In this document: piece after piece, positions 54,432 through 62,338 of the stretch
Layout: each line of letters starts with the position of its first letter
Position numbering within the stretch: the first letter of the stretch is position 1
Notes under the pieces: generated by a model
Database searches by the model: none
What the model saw: only the letters and a program-made list of their open reading frames with translations
Told to the model about the DNA's origin: nothing
Position numbers and translations under genes: made by a program
From: Vulcanimicrobiota bacterium
GTDB taxonomy: Bacteria; Vulcanimicrobiota; Xenobia; Xenobiales; JADMJV01
Reading direction: 5' to 3'
DNA length: 64,000 nucleotides
NCBI GenBank assembly: GCA_050250895.1
Contig: JBFWNU010000005.1
Location: 224,001 to 288,000, forward strand

Positions 54432-55487
54432 ATGCTCACACAATTCCTCGAGACCCTCGATTCCAAAGGAGGCTCGGATATTCACCTGTGCTCCGGGGCC
54501 GTCCCGCGCATTCGCCTGCACGGTCGCCTGGTGCCTCTCGAACATCCGCCGCTGTCACCCACCGAAGTGGTCGGGATGGCCCGCATCCTGGTAGACCCCG
54601 CCCGCCTGGCCAAAGAGAAGAACGTCGATTTTGGTTACCAGAACGACGAGCTGGGCATTCGCTATCGCGGCAACGCCTTCATCCAGAAAGAAGGCATCAA
54701 TGTCGTGCTGCGGGCCATTCCCAACAAAGTGCCTACTCTGGAGGAATTGGGTCTGCCCAAAGCAGTCGAGCGCTTTACCAAGCTGCGCAACGGTCTGGTG
54801 CTGGCCACCGGTCCGGCCGGCTGCGGCAAGACCTCGACCCTGGCGGCCCTGGTGCATCTCATTAACGAGACCCGCCCTGAGCATGTCATCACCGTCGAAG
54901 ATCCGGTGGAGTATATCCACAAACCGAATCGGGCGCTCATCAACCAGCGCCAGGTCGGCAAAGACGTCGTTTCGTTTCCCCACGCTTTGCGGGCCGCGTT
55001 GCGCGAGGACCCCGACGTGATTCTGGTCGGAGAGCTGCGCGATCTCGAGACCATTTCGCTGGCCATCACGGCCGCCGAGACGGGCCATCTGGTGATGGGG
55101 ACGCTCCACACCAACTCGGCCATCAACACCATCGCCCGCGTGGTCGACGCCTTTCCGGGCGAGCGCCAGAATCAGATTCGGCAGATGCTCTCCGAGTCAC
55201 TTCGCGGCGTTTTGGCTCAGCAACTAGTGCCGCGGGCCGATGGCAACGGCCGGGTGCTGGCTCTGGAGATCTTCTCGGTCACCCGAGCGATTGCGGCCCT
55301 GATTCGCACCGGCGAAAACCACAAGATCCCGACCGCCATGCAGGCCGGCGGTCGTAAAGAAGCCATGCAAACCATGGACGAGTCTTTGATCTCGTTGTGT
55401 CAGGCCGGCCTTATTACCCGCGACGAAGCAATACTTCGTTGTCACGAGCCCGAGACGTTCGACCACCGTCTCGGCGGAGCAGCTTAG
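54432..55487 (+). CDS. pilT: PilT/PilU family type IV pilus retraction ATPase
   Basis: SDIHL, GPAGCGKT, ITVEDPVE, ALREDPDVILVGELRD and TGHLVMGTLHT motifs. Confidence 0.92.
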   Translation: MLTQFLETLDSKGGSDIHLCSGAVPRIRLHGRLVPLEHPPLSPTEVVGMARILVDPARLAKEKNVDFGYQNDELGIRYRGNAFIQKEGINVVLRAIPNKVPTLEELGLPKAVERFTKLRNGLVLATGPAGCGKTSTLAALVHLINETRPEHVITVEDPVEYIHKPNRALINQRQVGKDVVSFPHALRAALREDPDVILVGELRDLETISLAITAAETGHLVMGTLHTNSAINTIARVVDAFPGERQNQIRQMLSESLRGVLAQQLVPRADGNGRVLALEIFSVTRAIAALIRTGENHKIPTAMQAGGRKEAMQTMDESLISLCQAGLITRDEAILRCHEPETFDHRLGGAA

Positions 55488-55495
55488 GAGGAACC

Positions 55496-56911
55496 ATGGC
55501 TTTTTTTGGATTTGGTAAGAAAGACGACAAGGCGGCCCCCCCGCCGCCTCCGCCCCCGCCCACCCCCACCCCGGCCGTCCCTCCTCCGCCGCCGCCGGTA
55601 GCGCCTCCACCGCCGCCCGCCAGTCCGCCGCCGACCCTGGGCCAGCACATTAACGACGTGCCGACTTCGGCGCCCAGTTCAGGGTCTTCCGACTTTTCAG
55701 GCTGGGGCGACATGTCGTTTGGCATGGGCTCCATGGGCGCCCCTGCGGCGGGTGCCGCTCCGTCGATGGGCATGGCCACCGAGACGGCCCCGCCTCCGCC
55801 TCCCAAGGTCGAGACTCCTAGCAAGCAACTCGTGATCGAGGGGCATTACCACCTCGACCAGTTACTGCGCTTTCTGGTCGATAACAAAGGCAGCGACCTG
55901 CACCTATCGGTAGGGATGCCGCCGGCTTTTCGCATCGACGGACACTTGCACTACGCCAAGGCGGCTATCCTCACCGAAGAGCACGCCCTCGAGATGTTCT
56001 TGCCGCCGCTCGATGCGCGCCAGAAGAAAGAGTTCGAAGAAACGGGCAACGCCGACCTGGCCTACGCCATCCCCGAGGTGGCCCGCTTTCGTTGCAACAT
56101 CTTGCGGCAGTTCCGCGGGGCCGGGGCCGTCTTTCGTCAGATTCCCGAGAAGATGCCAAGCCTCGAGGCGCTGGGCTTTCCGCTCCACGTCATGGAGAAG
56201 ATCTCCAAGTTGCGTTCAGGCCTGGTGGTCGTGACCGGCCCCACCGGTTCGGGTAAGTCGACCACTCTGGCGGCCATCATCAATGAACTCAACCAATCGC
56301 GCGACGCCCACATCATCACCATCGAGGACCCGCTCGAGTTCACTCACAAGAGCGCCCGCTGTCTGGTCGACCATCGCGAGGTGGGTCGTGACGCGGTTTC
56401 CTTCGCTGACGCCGCCCGCGCCTCGCTACGCGAAGACCCTGACATCTTGCTGCTGGGCGAAATGCGTGACCTCGACACCATCTACAACGCCATCAAGGCG
56501 GCTGAGACGGGCACCCTGGTGTTCGGAACCTTGCACACCAACTCGGCAGCCAAGACCGTCGACCGTATCATCGATGCTTTTCCGGCCGATCAGCAGCCCC
56601 AGATTCGCTCGATGCTGTCGCAGTCACTCAAGGTGATCGTGGCCCAGACCCTGCTCAAGCGCAAGGATGGCCCGGGCCGCGTGGCCGCCTACGAGATCAT
56701 GCTGGTGACCCGCGGCATCGCCAACCTGCTGCGAACCGGCGAGACGACGCAGCTCACCAACTTGTTGTTGACCGGCACCAGCGAGGGCATGCAGCCGCTC
56801 GATATGGCCCTGATGAAGCTGCTCGACGCTGGCGTCGTTTCAGAAGAACTGGTGGGTGACGTCTGCAACAACCCCGACTACTTCCGGCAGGCCGGCTACA
56901 AGATCAGTTGA
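55496..56911 (+). CDS. pilT: PilT/PilU family ATPase with polyproline N-terminal extension
   Basis: AGGAGG RBS; GPTGSGKS, IEDPLE, LREDPDILLLGEMRD and GTLHT motifs; ~110-aa Pro-rich leader. Confidence 0.92.
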   Translation: MAFFGFGKKDDKAAPPPPPPPPTPTPAVPPPPPPVAPPPPPASPPPTLGQHINDVPTSAPSSGSSDFSGWGDMSFGMGSMGAPAAGAAPSMGMATETAPPPPPKVETPSKQLVIEGHYHLDQLLRFLVDNKGSDLHLSVGMPPAFRIDGHLHYAKAAILTEEHALEMFLPPLDARQKKEFEETGNADLAYAIPEVARFRCNILRQFRGAGAVFRQIPEKMPSLEALGFPLHVMEKISKLRSGLVVVTGPTGSGKSTTLAAIINELNQSRDAHIITIEDPLEFTHKSARCLVDHREVGRDAVSFADAARASLREDPDILLLGEMRDLDTIYNAIKAAETGTLVFGTLHTNSAAKTVDRIIDAFPADQQPQIRSMLSQSLKVIVAQTLLKRKDGPGRVAAYEIMLVTRGIANLLRTGETTQLTNLLLTGTSEGMQPLDMALMKLLDAGVVSEELVGDVCNNPDYFRQAGYKIS

Positions 56912-57042
56912 AGCGGTTCGTCCAGTTCTGACATATTCTCGCTGTAGAGACACAGCGATTACTGTATTGGTTAATACTGTGCAACGGGCCGTCTAGATCT
57001 CGTTCTCTTGTGGTATCGCCGCCAAGTCGCTACCCTGGAAAC

Positions 57043-57180
57043 GTGAGTCTTTGGCGCGACATACGAAAGACGCTCCGCCGACGCAAGGTCCGCAAGTTTC
57101 TAGACAAGCTCTACTGGTTCGTAGTGGCCGGGGGACTGGTGTTGCTGGTGCTGGTCGTGCTGGTATCCACCCACACCTAG
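57043..57180 (+). CDS. small single-pass membrane protein (45 aa), not in ORF track
   Basis: MSLWRDIRKTLRRRKVRKFLDKLYWFVVAGGLVLLVLVVLVSTHT: basic N-terminus followed by a TM. Confidence 0.55.
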   Translation: MSLWRDIRKTLRRRKVRKFLDKLYWFVVAGGLVLLVLVVLVSTHT

Positions 57181-57191
57181 TTGATGAATTT

Positions 57192-57677
57192 TTACCAACC
57201 CCACCAGGGACGATGGTGATGGTGCTCCTGTTGCTGCTGGCAGCCGCCGGGTCCTACCCGTTCGTAGCGATGACCGCCACCGTGCCAGCCCTCGTGAGAC
57301 TCGTAGTGTTCGGTGCCGTAGGGGCCGGTGCGGTAAGTTTCGGTGTGGGTGCCGTGCGGACCGGCGTGGCTTTCCTGGGTGTAAATGGTGCCGTTGGGCG
57401 TGACACCGACCGTGCTCTGGCTGTAGCCGTAAGGGCCATAGCCGACCGTGGTGACGGCGCAACCGCTGGCGCCCAGGGCGGCTACTCCCAGGGCCACCAG
57501 GGCTCCCACGCGGGCCAGTTTGCCGGCCGAACTCTTGGGCTCGGGGGTGGGGGCGGAGTCAGACAGTTCTACCGTCTCGGTAGGGATATCGCTCGCGGCC
57601 GACCGGGTCGGGGGGGCGGCCTTGGAACCTAAGGCGCGGTGGGACGGGGTAGAAAAGGTGTTGGGCGTGATGAACAT
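57192..57677 (-). CDS. His/Gly/Tyr-rich hypothetical protein with internal lipobox-like motif
   Basis: AGGAGG RBS; disordered N-terminus, hydrophobic stretch ending LGASGC, GP(Y/H)G repeats. Confidence 0.75.
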   Translation of the reverse strand: MFITPNTFSTPSHRALGSKAAPPTRSAASDIPTETVELSDSAPTPEPKSSAGKLARVGALVALGVAALGASGCAVTTVGYGPYGYSQSTVGVTPNGTIYTQESHAGPHGTHTETYRTGPYGTEHYESHEGWHGGGHRYERVGPGGCQQQQEHHHHRPWWGW

Positions 57678-57731
57678 TGTGAACCTCCTGCCCTATGATT
57701 AAAACCGAGGCACCTGAAAGCAATCTGAAAA

Positions 57732-59045
57732 TCACCGCTCGGCCGGAGTCACTTCGTCGCCTTCGTGCATGGTCACGTCGGGAATCTTGACGATCCGCAT
57801 CTCGGGGGTGAGACCTTCCAGCACTTCGACTTCGCGCTCGCCGCGCAGACCCAGTTTGACCGGCTGCTTCTTGAGATGGCCCTCCTCGAGGCGAAAAACG
57901 TACTCTCCACCCTCGGGATCTTGCAAGACCGAAAAACGCCCGATCTTGAGGCAATCCTCCCGACGGGCCGTGATAAAGCGGGCCTGGAGTTCGTAGGCGA
58001 TGCCCAGGTCGGGAGCCTCTTGAGGCAGGCCGATGAGCACGTTCACCCGCTGCTGCTCAACGCCCAGCGACGAGAGCTTGGTGAAGCCGGCCGGCTCGAT
58101 CTCTTTGACCTTGGAAAAGAAGGTCGGTTTGCCTCCGCCGGGGTCGAGTTCGACCCGAGTGCCAACGCCGATACGCAGGGCGTCCTGGCTGAGCACTTCG
58201 CACACGACCTCCTGTTGGTTGGGGCGGCCGAGACGTAGCAAAGGAGTGCCCGCGGCCAGTTCGCGGGGGCCCTGCACCAGACGCTCGAGGACCACTCCCT
58301 CGATGGGGGAGCGGATGGGGGTCTTGGTAACCTCGTACTGGGTGCGCTCGAGGCGAGTGCGGGCTTGAGCCAGGCGCTCGGCGACCACCTGGCTCGATTG
58401 CAGCTTGCTGTCGATCTGGCTGTCGAAGGTCTTGACTCCAGCCCGAGCCTCCTGCACCCGCTGCCGGGCCGTGTTGAGCTCGCGATCGAGCCGGGTTACG
58501 GCCAACCGCGACTGATCGACCTGAAGGCGAGCCTGCTCGAGCTGCTGGGGGGGAAGAGCTCCGCCGGCGACCAGGTTGCGGGTGCGTTCGAGATCGCGCT
58601 CGGATTGACGCACGCCCAGCTGGGCATCCTGAATCTGGACCTCGATGGCGGCCAGACCCTTACGGGCGGACTCGACCGCTTCTTGAGCGCGCCGCCGCTC
58701 GGCTTGTTCGACCTCGGTATCGCGGCTGACTTCCAGCTGTTGCTCGAGTTCGCGGACGGCCTCGAAGGCGGCTTCGGCTTCGGATTCGACCGGATAGACG
58801 TCAAATTCGGTAATGAGCTGGCCCTGGCTGACCTGGTCGCCGGGTTCGAGCTCGATGCGACCGATGCGGCCAGAGACGGGAAGGTTGACGGGGTAGTCTT
58901 CTTCCAGACGGGTCTCGGCGCGCTCCTGGAAGCTCTCTTCCAGCGAACCGCGCTGGGCCTGGGCGACTTCGACTTCGGGCGGTTTGCCGCAGCCCGCGAG
59001 CACCAGCGTCATCAGCAAGACGAAGAGTCGAAACACGCAGCCCAC
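57732..59045 (-). CDS. HlyD/MacA-type periplasmic adaptor subunit (lipoprotein)
   Basis: LAGC lipobox, coiled-coil hairpin, IRSPIEGVVL and FTKLSSLGVEQQRV motifs. Confidence 0.9.
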   Translation of the reverse strand: MGCVFRLFVLLMTLVLAGCGKPPEVEVAQAQRGSLEESFQERAETRLEEDYPVNLPVSGRIGRIELEPGDQVSQGQLITEFDVYPVESEAEAAFEAVRELEQQLEVSRDTEVEQAERRRAQEAVESARKGLAAIEVQIQDAQLGVRQSERDLERTRNLVAGGALPPQQLEQARLQVDQSRLAVTRLDRELNTARQRVQEARAGVKTFDSQIDSKLQSSQVVAERLAQARTRLERTQYEVTKTPIRSPIEGVVLERLVQGPRELAAGTPLLRLGRPNQQEVVCEVLSQDALRIGVGTRVELDPGGGKPTFFSKVKEIEPAGFTKLSSLGVEQQRVNVLIGLPQEAPDLGIAYELQARFITARREDCLKIGRFSVLQDPEGGEYVFRLEEGHLKKQPVKLGLRGEREVEVLEGLTPEMRIVKIPDVTMHEGDEVTPAER

Positions 59046-59046
59046 C

Positions 59047-61425
59047 TTACTCTCGAATCTTCAGCACGTCAAGCCAGGGGATGGCTTTGAGAATGCGATA
59101 GACGAAGAATTGGGCAAGACTGACGAAAAACAGCATGACCAGAGTGGCCACGATAAAGGCCATCGGCTCGAACACCACCGGGAAGCGAAAGATCTCGGTA
59201 TCGTAGGCTCCCGTCACGTAGCGTACCAACCCGGCCCCGGCTTCCCACCCGCACACCACTCCAAAGCCATTCACCAGAAAGCTCTCCAGGGCAAAGATGG
59301 TGCTGACCTGAAACGGGGTATAGCCCAGCACTCGCAGAGTGCCCACCTCGCGTTCGCGCTCCGACAGCGAGACCAGGGCCGTGTTGAGCACGCTGCCAAA
59401 AGCCATCAAGCCGGCGAAGAGGATGGTAATGGAAAGCATGGTGCCCATGTTTTGCTCCATCAGCTCTTTCATCTTGTTGAGCGAGACCTCGCGCCAGTCG
59501 GCGCCGGTCACCATGGGCCGCTTCTCGAGTTCAGCCACCAGCGCGTCGTGGGCGGCCGGATCCACGGTCATGAGCACCGAGTTGGTGACCCAGGCCTCGC
59601 CCAGCAGATGACTGAGATAGTCGATGTCGGCATAGGCGGCCAGGCCGAGGTAGGTGGTAATCACCGAGACCACCGGGGCTTCGATGGTTTTGCGTTCGCC
59701 GATGAGGGTCCGCAGCACGACCGTGTCGCCGGGCTTGAGTTCGAGAATCTGAGCCAGCTTGCTGGTGAGCACGATGCCATGCGAGGGAACCTTGATCGGT
59801 TGCCCCGACGCATCGCGGGGAGTGGCCAGCCAGGGCCCGGTCGTGACCCCGGTCACGGCCGTGCGGCGCGACAGCGAGCCGTGGCTGAGTTCGCAGGCCA
59901 CGGCCAGTTGAGGCTCGACCGTCTCGACTCCCGGGAGCAACTGCAGCTCGCGCACGGCCTGGCGTCCCACCGGCTCACGAATGACTACCGTCACATCCTG
60001 GCGGGCCACCTTTTCGAACTCATGCTCAATCAAATGTTCCACCGCCGAGCCCAGGCACAACGACTCGACCACCAGAGCGGTCGACACCATGGCCGCTCCG
60101 GCCGTAACCGCCGTGCGATAGGGGTTGCGAAAAATTGAACGTAGCATCATCTTCCAGCGAAAAGGCAGAGGAGCCCACAGCACCGTCAGGCGTTCCAGGA
60201 AGATGGCTCCGCCTTTTTCCGGTGGCGGGGGTCGCATGGCTTCAGCCGGCTCGAGCCGCGCCGCGGCCCTCACCCCGAAGGCTGTGCCGGCCAGGGCGCA
60301 GGTCACCCCAATGGCCACCGCCGCCGCCAGAATATCGGGATAAAAACCCGGGGCACGGATGGGCAGCTGATAAATCGAGCGATAGAGATTGAGCAGACCC
60401 GATTGCATCCAGTGTCCGAAGAACACTCCGGCGGCCGACCCTCCGATACCCACCGCCAGGCCGTATCCGGCGTAGTGGACGACGATGGTAGCCGGGCTGT
60501 ACCCAAGAGCCTTGAGGGTCCCGACCACTACTCGCTGTTGGGCCACCAGACGACCCATGACGATGTTGAGCACCAGGGCCACCACTCCCAGACAGATACC
60601 CGGCATGATGGTGGCGCTGACCCGCAGGCCATCGATGTCGCCCTTAAGGAATTGCACCGAGGGCTGTTCCCAATAGGGCGTGGTCGAGGCCACCCCGTAC
60701 GGTTCGAGCAGCTCTTCCAGTTCCTTGAGGGTCTTGCGCACGGCTCCCGGGCTGGTGTCGTGCACCTGGCCGATCAGCTCGTTGAAGGCACCGTCGAGAT
60801 CGGCTGCCTGGCGCAGCGAGCGCTCGGGCAGAAAGATCACCCCCGACCGCTCGGGGTCAGGGGCCAGCGTGCCGCTGGGAGGAAGGACATAGACAAATTC
60901 GGGCGATTGAGCTCGGGCCGCCACGGTGAAGGTCTGCTCCTGGCCGAGAATGACCATGCGAAAGGTGTCTCCTGGCCGTAAGTCGTGAGCCTCAGCGAAG
61001 GCTTCATTGAGGATGGCTTCGCGTTCGGAAGCTTGCGAGAACCAGGCGCCCGAAGTCAGCAGCAGATCGTTGAGGCCGGGTCGGCGAGGATTTGGCACCG
61101 AGACCACCGTGACCGAGATGGGGTCGGCGAAGTCGGGCAGATGGATACGCCCGCCCACCCGAACGCGCCCGGCCACAGCCCGGATGTTCTCGATCCGGGC
61201 GGCCCGCTCGACCGCTTCGAGCGGAGCCCGCTTGCAGTCGAGCGAGAAATCGGCCAGGCGATAATCGCGATAGAAGGCTGCGCGCGAGTTCTCGAGGTCA
61301 TAATAGACGCTCACCATCGAGACCAGAAACGAGATACCCACGGCCGTGATCAGCACCAGCGCCCCCAGCGAGCCCTTGCGCTGCCAGACCTCGCGCAGCA
61401 TCTTGCGGATAAGAATGAGAGTCAT
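59047..61425 (-). CDS. FtsX/MacB-family ABC transporter permease
   Basis: Two halves with QRVVVGTLKALGY and EREREVGTLRVLGY motifs; PAEAMRPP linker. Confidence 0.92.
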   Translation of the reverse strand: MTLILIRKMLREVWQRKGSLGALVLITAVGISFLVSMVSVYYDLENSRAAFYRDYRLADFSLDCKRAPLEAVERAARIENIRAVAGRVRVGGRIHLPDFADPISVTVVSVPNPRRPGLNDLLLTSGAWFSQASEREAILNEAFAEAHDLRPGDTFRMVILGQEQTFTVAARAQSPEFVYVLPPSGTLAPDPERSGVIFLPERSLRQAADLDGAFNELIGQVHDTSPGAVRKTLKELEELLEPYGVASTTPYWEQPSVQFLKGDIDGLRVSATIMPGICLGVVALVLNIVMGRLVAQQRVVVGTLKALGYSPATIVVHYAGYGLAVGIGGSAAGVFFGHWMQSGLLNLYRSIYQLPIRAPGFYPDILAAAVAIGVTCALAGTAFGVRAAARLEPAEAMRPPPPEKGGAIFLERLTVLWAPLPFRWKMMLRSIFRNPYRTAVTAGAAMVSTALVVESLCLGSAVEHLIEHEFEKVARQDVTVVIREPVGRQAVRELQLLPGVETVEPQLAVACELSHGSLSRRTAVTGVTTGPWLATPRDASGQPIKVPSHGIVLTSKLAQILELKPGDTVVLRTLIGERKTIEAPVVSVITTYLGLAAYADIDYLSHLLGEAWVTNSVLMTVDPAAHDALVAELEKRPMVTGADWREVSLNKMKELMEQNMGTMLSITILFAGLMAFGSVLNTALVSLSEREREVGTLRVLGYTPFQVSTIFALESFLVNGFGVVCGWEAGAGLVRYVTGAYDTEIFRFPVVFEPMAFIVATLVMLFFVSLAQFFVYRILKAIPWLDVLKIRE

Positions 61426-62129
61426 AGCTCGAGTTCGGCCGCCTTGACCAAATTGGCGTTTTCTTCGACCTCGACGATGCGACCGTCGCGAATCTCGGCG
61501 ATGCGATTGGCCAGGCGCGCAGCGCCGGGATTGTGGGTGATCATGATGACCGTCTTGGAAAGACGCAGATTGACATCCTGGAGCAAGGCCAGAACCGAGC
61601 GGCTGGTCTCGCTGTCGAGGTTGCCGGTGGGTTCATCGCATAGCAGCAACTGAGGGTTCGAGGCCAGAGCTCGGGCCACCGCCACCCGCTGCTGCTGACC
61701 GCCCGAGAGCTGGGAAGGAAAGTGGCCGGCTCGCTCGTCGAGCCCCACGATTCTCAGGCTCTCGAGGGGATCCATCGGGTCAGGCACGATTTCGGTAGCT
61801 ACCTGCACGTTCTCGAGGGCCGTCAGGGTCGGGATCAGATTGAAGAACTGAAAGACGAAGCCGATGTTGTTACGGCGGTAGAGGGTGAGCTTGCGTTCGT
61901 TGGCCTGAGCCAGATCCACCCCGTCGACCATGATGGTGCCCGAGGTGGGCCGGTCCATGCCGCCGATCATGTTGAGGAGCGTGCTCTTGCCCGAGCCGCT
62001 CTGGCCGACGACCACTAGAAATTCGCCTCTGATGACATCCAGATCGACATCCCGCAAGGCATGCACTTTCACCTCGCCCATGTCATAGACTTTGGACACC
62101 CCGCGCATTTCCAGTTGTGGCTCGGCCAT
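61422..62129 (-). CDS. ABC transporter ATP-binding protein (LolD/MacB type)
   Basis: GQSGSGKST, LSGGQQQRV, CDEPTGNLD and ITH motifs; start ATG 62129. Confidence 0.95.
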   Translation of the reverse strand: MAEPQLEMRGVSKVYDMGEVKVHALRDVDLDVIRGEFLVVVGQSGSGKSTLLNMIGGMDRPTSGTIMVDGVDLAQANERKLTLYRRNNIGFVFQFFNLIPTLTALENVQVATEIVPDPMDPLESLRIVGLDERAGHFPSQLSGGQQQRVAVARALASNPQLLLCDEPTGNLDSETSRSVLALLQDVNLRLSKTVIMITHNPGAARLANRIAEIRDGRIVEVEENANLVKAAELEL

Positions 62130-62338
62130 GGCCGAGGCTTCGCCTGGGGCCTGGGGCGGCCTGCTCGCGCCTGATGCTTTTGCAAGATCAGTTCGGTCCA
62201 CTTCGGCCGCCGCGTCATAGAGTGTCGAGCCGGCCGCCAGAGCAGCCTGCCCGCCGCGTTCTCTTGGGCAGAGGTGTCGGCTTAAGCGGTCTCTTCCTGG
62301 CCGGGAGGTGGCCGTAACCTTGGCCCGAACTCGCGAGC

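Noticed and set aside
55540-55635. Non-coding C-rich microsatellite
   Set aside because: It is the in-frame polyproline tract of the second PilT, with varied Pro codons.
56942-56955. LexA (SOS) box
   Set aside because: CTGT-N6-ACAG has the wrong spacing for the CTGT-N8-ACAG consensus.
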